From: a virus
Taxonomy: Duplodnaviria > Caudoviricetes
Length of the DNA: 63,835 nucleotides
Direction: 5' to 3' (one strand)
IMG/VR virus record: IMGVR_UViG_3300042922_000736
Location: 1 to 63,835 of that record
Shown here: piece by piece, positions 19,046 to 28,056 of the stretch
How the letters are laid out: each line of letters begins with the position of its first letter
Position numbering within the stretch: the first letter of the stretch is position 1
Notes under the pieces: generated by a model
Told to the model about the DNA's origin: nothing
Database searches by the model: none
What the model saw: the letters and a program-made list of their open reading frames with translations, nothing else
Made by a program: the position numbers and the translations under genes

Positions 19046-20908
19046 CTATATCCCCTGCACGTTCCGTCTTTTGGCGTTTGCGACGCTGGTCACGACCATG
19101 CGCGGAATCTCGCCGCGCAACTGCGCCAGCTGCTGTTGCACACGCGCGAGGCCGGCTTCGTCGGCGCCACGCGCGTCGATGCTGATTGGCATGGACACGG
19201 TGACGCTGCCCTTGCCGCTGCCCGCCATGGCGTGGTTCGGCACGATGCGGCCCGCCACGTCCGGCACGAACATTTCCGGGCCGCGCTCGCCGACGCGATA
19301 GATCTGGCCTGCATTGACCGGGCCGCCGACGGCCTTGGAGCCGCCGAAGGAGCCCAGGAGCGAACCCAACAGCCCACCAGGACCGCTGCCGACGGGATTG
19401 AACAGGCTATCCAGCGCCATGCCGAGCAGCTTGTCGCCGACCTTGGCCAGCGCATTGGACAGCGCCTCTGCCGCCGACACGCCGTTCTGCATGTCGGTGA
19501 TGAAGCCGCCGAGCACGTCCTTGCCCAAGTCGTTCAAGTCGGCGAGTTGGCCGACGAGGTATTCCTGCTGCTCGCGCAGCCGCTCTGCCTCAACCGTGGC
19601 TTCGGCATAGGCCGTCGCCAGCGCATCGATGTTCTGCCGGACTTCCGGCGTGATCTCGATCTTGGCGCGCTCAGCGGCGTTGAGCAGGTCCGCCTCAGCG
19701 CGGGCCTTCTCCATCGCGAAGCCGTAGTCATTCACCAGCGGATTGAGCGTGGCCTGGACCGACGTCTCGTACTGGAGCGCTTGCGTGCGCTCCTGAATCA
19801 TCCGCGTCATGCGCTCGTAGGCGTCGAGCTTATCCTTGCCCGGCGCCGGCTGGAACGCCGGCTTGCCGGGATTGACCGTCACCTTGGTGGGGGCGCCGCC
19901 CGACATGCCGAAGGCTTTGTCCCACTCCGCAGACTGAGCGTCGCTAAGCGATGCGCCTTGGCCGAGGCGGAGCTTAAGGTCTGCAACGCCGCGCTGGTCC
20001 ACGGCGAAGGCGTCGCCGAACCGGCCATTCGCGATCAGGTTGTAGTAGACGCTCAGTTCCTTGACGATATCGCGAAGCTGCGTCGCTGCCCCGACCATGG
20101 CGCTGATCGCGCCGGTGTCGGCCATCGTCTTGTAGAGCTCGGTGATAGAGTTATTCAGGCGGTTGATTTCCGCCGTCAGTGTGCTTTTGCGATCGGTGCC
20201 GTAAAGCTCGACCAGCTTATCAGTCAGGCGAGGAATGAGCTCCGTCGCGGGGACGACGCCCTTCTCAAGCAGCTTGCCGAGTTCTTGCTCGGTGACGCCA
20301 AGGGCCTGAGCCGCAAGCCTGAACGCCCCAGGAAGGCGCTCGCCTAGCTGCCCGCGGAGCTCTTCCGAGCTTACCGTGCCCTTCGATATCATCTGCTGGA
20401 TAGCCAGCAGCGCGCCTTGCGTGTCCTCTGAGCTTTTGCCCAGAGACGCCATCGCGGACGACACCGCTTCAAATACGCGGCGGGTCTCCTCGCCCTCCAG
20501 CGCCGTGCCCTTGGTAGCAGCCAGCAGCGACACGTAAGCCTGCCCGGCCGACACAACCTCCAAGCCCAGCCGTTCGCTGGTCTCGGTCAGAAACTTCATC
20601 TCGCGTGCGGCAGCGTCGGAGTCGCCAGTGATAGCCTTCAGGCTACTGCCGAGGCTGTCGACGCTTTGCACCGTCTTTAGGAAATCCTGCGCCGCGAAGC
20701 CAACGCCGAGACCGGCCAACAGCCCCCGCCCCATGCCGGACACAGACGCCGCGAAGGCATCCATGCTGCGCTTGGCGCCAGCGAACCTGCGCTCGATATT
20801 GCGCGTGCTGCGGTTTACGTCGCTGTCGAGCCTGTCTAGGGCGCGCTTTATTTGCCGGGTGTCGGCGCTTATGGTAAGTACCAGCGCCTCAAGATCATTG
20901 TTCGCCAT
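19046..20908 (-). CDS. Tape measure protein
   Basis: QMISKGTVSSEELRGQLGERLPGA domain; GGPV...VGERGPEMFVP. Confidence 0.92.
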   Translation of the reverse strand: MANNDLEALVLTISADTRQIKRALDRLDSDVNRSTRNIERRFAGAKRSMDAFAASVSGMGRGLLAGLGVGFAAQDFLKTVQSVDSLGSSLKAITGDSDAAAREMKFLTETSERLGLEVVSAGQAYVSLLAATKGTALEGEETRRVFEAVSSAMASLGKSSEDTQGALLAIQQMISKGTVSSEELRGQLGERLPGAFRLAAQALGVTEQELGKLLEKGVVPATELIPRLTDKLVELYGTDRKSTLTAEINRLNNSITELYKTMADTGAISAMVGAATQLRDIVKELSVYYNLIANGRFGDAFAVDQRGVADLKLRLGQGASLSDAQSAEWDKAFGMSGGAPTKVTVNPGKPAFQPAPGKDKLDAYERMTRMIQERTQALQYETSVQATLNPLVNDYGFAMEKARAEADLLNAAERAKIEITPEVRQNIDALATAYAEATVEAERLREQQEYLVGQLADLNDLGKDVLGGFITDMQNGVSAAEALSNALAKVGDKLLGMALDSLFNPVGSGPGGLLGSLLGSFGGSKAVGGPVNAGQIYRVGERGPEMFVPDVAGRIVPNHAMAGSGKGSVTVSMPISIDARGADEAGLARVQQQLAQLRGEIPRMVVTSVANAKRRNVQGI

Positions 20909-20924
20909 TCAACCCGCCACGCGC

Positions 20925-21131
20925 ATGGGCTTCGAAGATTTAACCGCCGGGCAAGTCGCAATGCTGGTGCTGTACTTCGCGCCGGCATGTGTTGCCGCGC
21001 TGCGGAAGCACCATCAGCAGAACGCCATTTTCGTGCTGAACTTCTTGCTGGGCTGGACGGTGCTCGGGTGGATCGGCGCAATGGTGTGGGCCGCGACGGC
21101 AACTCAAGGTCGCCGCCGCTTCGTGCCGTAA
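20925..21131 (+). CDS. Superinfection immunity protein (T4 Imm-like)
   Basis: LYFAP..A..RKH..NAIFVLNFLLGWTVLGWIGAMVWA. Confidence 0.85.
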   Translation: MGFEDLTAGQVAMLVLYFAPACVAALRKHHQQNAIFVLNFLLGWTVLGWIGAMVWAATATQGRRRFVP

Positions 21132-21356
21132 TTACCCATACCGCCGCTTCAGTTCCTCAACCCGCTCCCGCGTCGGCGCCTCGCCCTTCTTCTTGACGCC
21201 ATTGGCTTCGCACCAACCGTCATAGGCTTCGAAGAGCTCGGTGAGCGTGGCGCGCCAGAACTGGTCCGGCGACCAGCCTAGGTTCCCGAAGGCGAATTGC
21301 TGCCAGAGCCGCCAGGGGACTCCTTCGTCGCGTCCTCGGCGGCCTCCGCGTTTCCC
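21132..21356 (-). CDS. Tail assembly chaperone C-terminal (GT-like) segment, reached by -1 frameshift
   Basis: -1 frame from GGGAAAC reads ...LGWSPDQFWRATLTEL...RRYG*. Confidence 0.75.
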   Translation of the reverse strand, partial: GKRGGRRGRDEGVPWRLWQQFAFGNLGWSPDQFWRATLTELFEAYDGWCEANGVKKKGEAPTRERVEELKRRYG

Positions 21357-21655
21357 TCCGAGCGCTTCGCGCTATGCGCCAACGCTGTCAGAAACGCGTC
21401 ACGGCAGGCCGGAAGGTCAGACAGTGTCAGCGCCCTCATGGCCTTGCCGACGTCGCCCTTGATGGCCAGCCCCTCGACGCCGGCGATAACCGCGGCGATC
21501 TCGACATTGACCAGCTTGCCGTAGAGCTCGGAAAAGCTCGTGCACCGAAGCTTGCCGGAGACCTGCGCAAGGCCCTGCATCGTGGCGGCGATGACCAGAT
21601 CCACGCCGCCGATGCTGAGCGGGACTTCGCCCCGCTCGCTATTGTAGGTCACCAT
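21278..21655 (-). CDS. Tail assembly chaperone (G-like)
   Basis: NSERGEV motif; follows the major tail gene. Confidence 0.75.
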   Translation of the reverse strand: MVTYNSERGEVPLSIGGVDLVIAATMQGLAQVSGKLRCTSFSELYGKLVNVEIAAVIAGVEGLAIKGDVGKAMRALTLSDLPACRDAFLTALAHSAKRSEGNAEAAEDATKESPGGSGSNSPSGT

Positions 21656-21657
21656 GT

Positions 21658-22080
21658 TCAAGCTTCAGCGGTGAACACCAGCGAGCCGGCGTCGGTCGGG
21701 ACCCAGGTCGCCGAGAACGCAAGCTGATCTTCCATGTCGCCGGAGAACTCAAAGTCCGCCACCATGAAAGGACCTTCCCACTGACCATAGCCGGGGACGA
21801 TGATCTGGTAGGTGGTCTCGCTCTGCAGGCGCGCGTCGTTAGCGACATCCTTGCCCACGTCGGCGTTGTCGAACAGGCCGTCGCCGCTGAACGACAGCGT
21901 CTGTCGGCCGGGCTTAGCCGTGGCGACGATCGGGTTGGACGGGTCGGCGCAATCCGGCACCGTGGTGTCGATCTGAGCGTTCGACATGGTCCAGGAGCGG
22001 GTGCGAAGACCGCACACGAAATCGTAGGTCGACCCGTTGTAACGCTTGATGACAAGCTCGCGGGCGTTCTGCTGACTCAT
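21658..22080 (-). CDS. Major tail (tube) protein
   Basis: CGLRTRS, IDTTVPDC, FSGDG, EGPF. Confidence 0.85.
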   Translation of the reverse strand: MSQQNARELVIKRYNGSTYDFVCGLRTRSWTMSNAQIDTTVPDCADPSNPIVATAKPGRQTLSFSGDGLFDNADVGKDVANDARLQSETTYQIIVPGYGQWEGPFMVADFEFSGDMEDQLAFSATWVPTDAGSLVFTAEA

Positions 22081-22095
22081 AGCAAAAGGCCCTCC

Positions 22096-22470
22096 TTACG
22101 GGCCGAAATGTGTGACGCGAAGGGAAACGACGCCGTGCAAGCTCGAGTTGTCGGCATCAGGGAAAAGGCGGGTGCTGGTTACCGCGGCCATGGCCGCCGA
22201 CCGTCCAGCCACGGTTAAATTCTGCAGATGCGTGGCATCGCGGATAGCCTGGATGATGTCCTTGGCCTCCCGCTGGCTGCCGTACTTGGTCCAGACGTGA
22301 ATCGTGATGGTCTCTTCGACGCCGTCACGGCACTGCACGTCGGCCGGGATGCTGTCCGCCTCGCCCATGTCGACGTAGGGCATCGCCGCTTCCTGCGGCG
22401 CGCTGGCGTAGACCGGCACGTCAAGCGTATCGGTCAGCAGCGCATAGACCGCCTGCTGTAGTTCCCACAT
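22096..22470 (-). CDS. Tail terminator (DUF3168-like)
   Basis: LQQAVYALL, PYV, TIHVW, HGVV. Confidence 0.8.
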   Translation of the reverse strand: MWELQQAVYALLTDTLDVPVYASAPQEAAMPYVDMGEADSIPADVQCRDGVEETITIHVWTKYGSQREAKDIIQAIRDATHLQNLTVAGRSAAMAAVTSTRLFPDADNSSLHGVVSLRVTHFGP

Positions 22471-22973
22471 TAGGCGCCTCCGCCTGCCGCCACCTTGCGG
22501 ACGGCCTTGTTTACGGCCCGCGCCACGCGCGAGCGGATGCGCTTCCGCATTGCCCGGTAAGTCGGGAAGATGTGCGGCCTAGGATTTGATCCTGGGTGCT
22601 TGACCTGCTTAGCAGTTACAAGCTTTCCACCTCTAAAGAATGACAGAAAGTCAAGCTTTCTAGGCCGGATAATGTGCGCCTTGGTGCCGAACTCTATAAA
22701 TCGCCAAATGTAGCTAGCATACACGCCCCACGCATGTGGGTCTTTGGTCTGAGTAATACCGACGGCGGCCAGCTTATTCCGACCAGATACCTTGATGGCC
22801 TCGATGGACGATTTATACTCGCCGCTCACCTCGGGTGCCGCTGCCCTGATGGCGTTGGCAAGCTCTTTGGCACTCTTCTCAATCGCTGCTGCGTATTCCT
22901 TCTCGGCCTCTGGCACCAACTTCTGCAGCTTCTTGGTCAGCGCTTCGCGGCCCAGGAACTTGCCTTTGGCCAT
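22470..22973 (-). CDS. HK97 gp10-like protein
   Basis: APEVSG, FIEFGT, PHIFPT. Confidence 0.8.
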   Translation of the reverse strand: MAKGKFLGREALTKKLQKLVPEAEKEYAAAIEKSAKELANAIRAAAPEVSGEYKSSIEAIKVSGRNKLAAVGITQTKDPHAWGVYASYIWRFIEFGTKAHIIRPRKLDFLSFFRGGKLVTAKQVKHPGSNPRPHIFPTYRAMRKRIRSRVARAVNKAVRKVAAGGGA

Positions 22974-22993
22974 CGCACACTCCTGCCTGGGGC

Positions 22994-23320
22994 CTACCCC
23001 GCCACCTCGACGCTGAATTCCAGCATGTCGTTGCGCTGGTCAGGATTGGCGTTGGACCGGATGTTGTAGGTCACCCCATCCACCACCACGCGGTGCTTTT
23101 GCGTGATCTGCCGCGCAGCAGTCGATGACCGTATGCGCAACACGCCGGCGAAGGCCGACTCCAGGCGCCCGGCCTGCACGCGCTCTCTGGCGCGCTCCGG
23201 CGTGAAGCTGGCCCACACCGTCAACGCCGGCGCCCAATCCCTGGTGTAGCCGCCGGCACCGTCCGAAACTTCGACCAGCGCCTCGAAACGCGCCCGCTTG
23301 TTCAGGGTGCCGGCGCGCAT
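22994..23320 (-). CDS. Head closure protein
   Basis: MRAGTLNKR, DGAGG, VWAS, YNI. Confidence 0.85.
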   Translation of the reverse strand: MRAGTLNKRARFEALVEVSDGAGGYTRDWAPALTVWASFTPERARERVQAGRLESAFAGVLRIRSSTAARQITQKHRVVVDGVTYNIRSNANPDQRNDMLEFSVEVAG

Positions 23321-23321
23321 A

Positions 23322-23732
23322 TCAGATCGTCACGCCGGGAGCGACGATGTCGACCGCAAGCACGCTGGTCGACTTGGCGATGCCGAGCAGGCACACGTTC
23401 TCGCCGGAGCTCAAATCAGCAGCCGGCGCGATGCCACCCGCGGTGTCGCTCAGGTAATACGCCGCGCCAAGCGTCAGCGTCGCGCCGGCCGTCAGGTCGC
23501 CGCGCTTCTGAACCACGACGGGCTGGTTGGCCGCAGAGCCGGTCAGAGCAATGCCGTCGGCCGTCTTGGCCTCGGCGGTCGCGCTATTCGAGTCCGCCTT
23601 CATCCACTTCGCAGTGGTGGAACTGCGGTACACCGCCTGCCCGGCGGTAAGCGCCTCGCCGGCAAAGCCGGTCTCGAGCACGGCGTTGGAGCCGGGAACG
23701 ACGTTCGCGGCGGTAATGGTTAGATCGGCCAT
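23322..23732 (-). CDS. Virion structural protein (cement/decoration-like)
   Basis: AGEALTAGQAVY, GIAL, YYLS; located in the head-tail block. Confidence 0.55.
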   Translation of the reverse strand: MADLTITAANVVPGSNAVLETGFAGEALTAGQAVYRSSTTAKWMKADSNSATAEAKTADGIALTGSAANQPVVVQKRGDLTAGATLTLGAAYYLSDTAGGIAPAADLSSGENVCLLGIAKSTSVLAVDIVAPGVTI

Positions 23733-23735
23733 AGG

Positions 23736-24281
23736 TCACCCAAATCGGCGGAAATTGGAAAGGGGCGAGTCGAACGCCGACCACTTGTCGTCTGGGGCGT
23801 TCTCGCGCTGCTCGAAACTCTTGGCGACCCACAGCCGCATGGCGTTGCGTATGGCCGGGGGCAATTCGTCGAACCCCGCCACCGCGGTCACAACAATGCG
23901 TGAGCCTGGCTGGATCGATGGCCAAGCCTTGCCGTACCGAAGCACAATCGACGGCACCAAACCCTCGGCCCTGAGCTCGTACACGTCAGTCGCGAGCGCG
24001 GTCTCGATGCCGTCGGGGGCGATATACTCAATCGATGTAATAGACTGCACCGGCCCGTCGGGGAGAACCGCCATATCAGCGAAGGCGTCGCACCTCATCT
24101 CCAGCGTCTGCACCGGCAGGCGGAGCCCGCAGTATCGCTCAGTGTGATCGGTCACCTCTTCAATGAGGTCGCCAATCAAGGCGTCTTCGTCGTCGCCATC
24201 AATGCGGGACTGTCGCTTCACCTGCTCGATCGACAGCACTTCCGCCGTCGGCGGTTCAACGACAACGGACGGATACCACAT
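23736..24281 (-). CDS. Head-tail connector (gp6-like)
   Basis: VKRQSRID..DEDALI, LPPAIRNAM...FEQRE. Confidence 0.85.
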   Translation of the reverse strand: MWYPSVVVEPPTAEVLSIEQVKRQSRIDGDDEDALIGDLIEEVTDHTERYCGLRLPVQTLEMRCDAFADMAVLPDGPVQSITSIEYIAPDGIETALATDVYELRAEGLVPSIVLRYGKAWPSIQPGSRIVVTAVAGFDELPPAIRNAMRLWVAKSFEQRENAPDDKWSAFDSPLSNFRRFG

Positions 24282-24289
24282 CGTGGCCT

Positions 24290-24490
24290 CTACCTCTTCG
24301 ACGGCTTCCTGCCGCGGCGGCGTTCAATCGGCGGCTCAATCGTGGCCGTCTCGATGACGTGCTCGCCGAGCGGGACGGCATAGCCGGCCTCAATGAAGCG
24401 GATTGCCTCGGCGTCGGGGAACTCGCGCTCATCGCCGGGATAGAGCGCGAATCCGGGACCAGCGATGCTGGTCGTAAGGCGGACGAGCAT
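24290..24490 (-). CDS. Small head-module protein
   Basis: AEAIRFIEAGYA. Confidence 0.6.
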   Translation of the reverse strand: MLVRLTTSIAGPGFALYPGDEREFPDAEAIRFIEAGYAVPLGEHVIETATIEPPIERRRGRKPSKR

Positions 24491-24717
24491 CAGGTCGCGA
24501 TGATCCCGACACCACGCAGCGCCGCCAGAATGGCGTTCACAGCGGTGCGGGCTTCCGCGTCAACCGTCGAGCCGCCGGTGACGTTAGCAACGGCGCCGGC
24601 CTGCGTGCCGGAATTCGGGACGACCTGGCCGCCGGTCTTGACCTGCAGCTTGCCGCCGCTCTCAACGGTAAGCTGATTGCCGCCGAGCTCGTTGTGGACC
24701 TTGGTATTGAAAGACAT
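24490..24717 (-). CDS. Head fibre-like protein
   Basis: VNAILAALRGVGIIA C-terminus. Confidence 0.6.
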   Translation of the reverse strand: MSFNTKVHNELGGNQLTVESGGKLQVKTGGQVVPNSGTQAGAVANVTGGSTVDAEARTAVNAILAALRGVGIIAT

Positions 24718-24766
24718 GGAACACCTCCAGAAATGAGAGGGGCGGCCCGAAAGCCGCCCCCTATGA

Positions 24767-26047
24767 TCACGCCTGGATCAGGTGCTTGACGGCGGCGGTG
24801 TCGCCGAGCTCGCCGTCGAAGTAGATCAGGCCGGCAATGCCGAGATCCGGCCAGAAGCGCTCGCGCATCACGCCGATGGTCGGAGCGCCGACCTTGCGGA
24901 CAAAGTACTTGCCGAAGTCGCCGAACAGCATGGTCTTGTTGCCGGTGGCGATGTTCGCCATGGCCTGGTTGATGCTGTAGCGGTAGCCCAGGATGTTGCC
25001 CGGCACGCCGTTCTGCACGTCGCCCATGGTCCAGATGTAGCGGCCGTCACCGTCCTTCAGCTTGCGCAGCGCGGCAAGCGTCAGGTCGTTGAACATAAAC
25101 CGCACCTTCGGGGACTGGCGGTAGGCCGGGTCGACCGAATGAACGAGGTCGATGATCTCGTCGTAGGTAACAGCAGTGGCCGACGCGGCGGTCTTGCCGA
25201 GGCTGGACGCAGTCACAACGCCGTTCGGATCGCCGGAGCCGTCGGCCGTGGTGAGCTCGGTGTTGGCGATGCGTCCGAGGCGCTCGCCCAGGAGCTCGCC
25301 GAGCAGCTGCTCGATGTTGAAGATCGAGTCGCGCGCGAGTTCCAGCGAGAAGCGGACGAACTCGGTGTCATAGCCGTAGGAGTCGAGCGACTTCTGGCCG
25401 AAGGTGACGTCCTTGCCGCCGTCGTCGGTCAGGGCAACGCCTTCGCCGGCCTTCTTCTCGGCGGTGACGGCGGTGTCGTCAACGGTCGGGATCTTGATCG
25501 GGTGGCCGCTCGAGGTGTTGATGACGGTGCAGATGTCCTCGTCATACATCGGGCCCCACGCCTTCATCGACTTGACGATGAAGTTCGCGAGCTCGGTCGG
25601 GACGGTGTAGCCGCCGGCGGTCGCAGAGGTGGTCTGCGCGCGGAACTGGCCGTTCTGCAGCTTCACCGCGCCATCGCGCAGAACCTTGCGCTCTTCAGCG
25701 GAAAGCTCGCCAAGGTCGGCGCCGCGGGCGAGGTAGGTGTAGAACACGGTGCGGTAATCGAGAGCGTCGCCATCGTCCTGGCCGCGGGTGTCGACGTCTT
25801 CACCCTTCGGGCGCTGCTTCTTGCGCTCTTCCTCGGCGCGGGCCGCAAAGCGAGCCTCGGCGTCGGCGACCTTCTGCTCGCGCTCGATGGTCTTCTCGAT
25901 CTTGTCGAACTCCGCCATGATCGCGTCGTGGCGGGCTTCAAGCTCGGCCGAGCGGGCCTCGTCGGTGTTCTTCTTGATCTCTTCGATCGCTTCGCGGGCC
26001 TGGGCAACCAGCTTGCCGCGCTTCTCGTTCAGTTCGATGAAGGTCAT
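24767..26047 (-). CDS. Major capsid protein, HK97 family
   Basis: Coiled-coil delta domain, GGYTVP, KLKDGDGRYIW, FGDF. Confidence 0.95.
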   Translation of the reverse strand: MTFIELNEKRGKLVAQAREAIEEIKKNTDEARSAELEARHDAIMAEFDKIEKTIEREQKVADAEARFAARAEEERKKQRPKGEDVDTRGQDDGDALDYRTVFYTYLARGADLGELSAEERKVLRDGAVKLQNGQFRAQTTSATAGGYTVPTELANFIVKSMKAWGPMYDEDICTVINTSSGHPIKIPTVDDTAVTAEKKAGEGVALTDDGGKDVTFGQKSLDSYGYDTEFVRFSLELARDSIFNIEQLLGELLGERLGRIANTELTTADGSGDPNGVVTASSLGKTAASATAVTYDEIIDLVHSVDPAYRQSPKVRFMFNDLTLAALRKLKDGDGRYIWTMGDVQNGVPGNILGYRYSINQAMANIATGNKTMLFGDFGKYFVRKVGAPTIGVMRERFWPDLGIAGLIYFDGELGDTAAVKHLIQA

Positions 26048-26157
26048 CCTCATCTCCAATAAAAAAGCCCGCCATCGAGGCGGGCCGTGTGTGGAAAATG
26101 GCAGGACTACCGTCCGGCCCTCCGGCTGCGCCGGGTGACTTCTGCCGATAGCGGCAG

Positions 26158-26778
26158 TTACGAAGCGTCCTGCCGGATGCCCCGAATTTGCTGTTCCATG
26201 CGGGCCTTGCGCTCGGCTATGCGCCGGGCGGCAGCAGCTGCGTCGCGCTTCCTGCGCTCGGCCTCGCCCTCTTGCTCGCTGCGCGCCGCTTCACGGTCGC
26301 GCAGGGCAAGCTCGGTGTCTTCGTAAGCCGGGAACGCCACCGCACTAACCTCGAAAAGCTCTACCTCGAGGATGGTGCGGATCGGAATCTCGCCGGTCTT
26401 CTCCTGCCACTCCTGCTTCGTCACGCGGAAGCCGAAGGACATGCCGCTAATGTCGCCGCGCTCCACCAGTGTGAGCAGATCCTGCCCATCGCGGGTGTCG
26501 GGCACATCGATCTCGACCTTGAGGCCATGCGCATCGACCGAAAGCCGGAGCGTCCCGGACTTGGTGCGACCGATCACGCGCCCCGTGTCGTGGTCGATCA
26601 GGGCGCGGATGTCGTCGCCGATCGTCTTATCGAACGCGCCGGGGGCGATGCGCTCAATGAAGAAGTCGCCGATGCTGGTGTCGGAATTGAAGACCGCGGC
26701 GTAGCCCGTCAGCGTGCGCTTGTCGCCATCGGCGCGCGCCTCAACGCCCGCAAGGCCGCGCTTTTCAAACTTGGTCAT
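26158..26778 (-). CDS. HK97 prohead protease
   Basis: GYAAVFN, HD, GMSFGF, EVSAVAFPAY. Confidence 0.95.
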   Translation of the reverse strand: MTKFEKRGLAGVEARADGDKRTLTGYAAVFNSDTSIGDFFIERIAPGAFDKTIGDDIRALIDHDTGRVIGRTKSGTLRLSVDAHGLKVEIDVPDTRDGQDLLTLVERGDISGMSFGFRVTKQEWQEKTGEIPIRTILEVELFEVSAVAFPAYEDTELALRDREAARSEQEGEAERRKRDAAAAARRIAERKARMEQQIRGIRQDAS

Positions 26779-28046
26779 CAGGCTGCCGCCTCGTCTTCGC
26801 TTTGCTGGTCGTTGTCATTGGCGGTCGGCGCTGCCGGCTCGCCCTGCTGTGGTTGCGTCCCCAGCGGCACCGTGGCGCCCTGGATATACAGTTTTTCGGC
26901 CGGCCCGCCCTTGGGTGGCAGGTTCTCCAGACCGCGGACCTCATCCGGAGTCCGAATGCCGTTTTGAATCGCGACGCCATACCCGTCCATGCGGCTCTTG
27001 AAGTCGCCGCGGAGCAGGCCATCAAGATTGTGCTCGACGTAGCGGCTGGTGTTGCCGCGGCCGAACAGCTTCAAGTTCACTTCGCCCTCAAACGCCTCGG
27101 CCCACTGGCCGATGAGGTGCTTGACGAGGTGCAGATCCTGCTGCTCGGCATTCGAGAACGTCGCCCGGCTCAGATCCTGGAGAAACACAGGCGGCAACTG
27201 CCACGCGCGGGCGATCTCTTCGATCTGGAACCGCCGCGCATCGGTCATCTGCCCCTTTTCGGGATCAAAACCGACAGGCGCCAATGTGTAGCCCGGCGGG
27301 ATGGAAAATACCTGCTCGTCTCGGGACTTGGCGCCTTCGATCGCGCGCTTGATTTCGCTCTTAGCGCGAGCAAGGGCCTCCGGGCCCACAGGAAGCGGGC
27401 CGGTCAGTGCGAGTGGCGGGACACCGCCACCGGCAAAGAAGTGGCTGGCGTAGTCGTTCATGGCGAGGGCAAGCTGGATGGCCTTGGCGGCCATCTGCAC
27501 CGGCCCCTTATGGTCGATGCCGTTCGACTTGAGCATGAACGGCAAGTCGATCACGTCGCGCGCCGGGTACTCCCTACCCTCTGTGCGGTAAGTTACCACC
27601 CCGCCAATGCGGGAGACCGTGACCTTGGCCGGATCCAGGGGCCAAAGAGCCTCGATGCCCTGCGGTGTGCGCTCAATCCACGCCAGTCCGCGCCCGCCAG
27701 TGAACACCTGCTGCCAGAAATACTGGCGGAACTTGAAGCTATCCTGCAGGTCGTTTGGTGCGTCGTGGACCACCGCCTCCAGCTTGCCGCCGACGCGCTC
27801 CGAACCGCTCTTGGTCTTGCGATAGGCGTGTAGCGGCAGGGCAGCCATGGTCCGCGACAGGAACGTCACCGCAGCGGCGACAGCCGGCACCTGCAGCGCA
27901 CTGTCTATCGTGACGTGCGGAATATTGGCGCCGCCGACGCCGAAGAACTCCAGAAAGTTCTCGTGGCTTACCGGGATTGTGGGGTTTTCAATCGTTGCCG
28001 CACGTTTCTCCCCCGTTCGGCGGATATCGTAACCGAATATCTTCAT
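26778..28046 (-). CDS. Portal protein, HK97 family
   Basis: EIARAWQLPP, ATFSNAEQQ, LLRGD, TPDEVR. Confidence 0.95.
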   Translation of the reverse strand: MKIFGYDIRRTGEKRAATIENPTIPVSHENFLEFFGVGGANIPHVTIDSALQVPAVAAAVTFLSRTMAALPLHAYRKTKSGSERVGGKLEAVVHDAPNDLQDSFKFRQYFWQQVFTGGRGLAWIERTPQGIEALWPLDPAKVTVSRIGGVVTYRTEGREYPARDVIDLPFMLKSNGIDHKGPVQMAAKAIQLALAMNDYASHFFAGGGVPPLALTGPLPVGPEALARAKSEIKRAIEGAKSRDEQVFSIPPGYTLAPVGFDPEKGQMTDARRFQIEEIARAWQLPPVFLQDLSRATFSNAEQQDLHLVKHLIGQWAEAFEGEVNLKLFGRGNTSRYVEHNLDGLLRGDFKSRMDGYGVAIQNGIRTPDEVRGLENLPPKGGPAEKLYIQGATVPLGTQPQQGEPAAPTANDNDQQSEDEAAA

Positions 28047-28056
28047 TTTTCCGCCG

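Noticed and set aside
18383-20347. 654-aa plus-strand ORF and other long antisense ORFs (e.g. 24782-26062, 35533-36654, 54248-55465)
   Set aside because: Shadow frames of real genes or of GC-rich hairpins; no motifs
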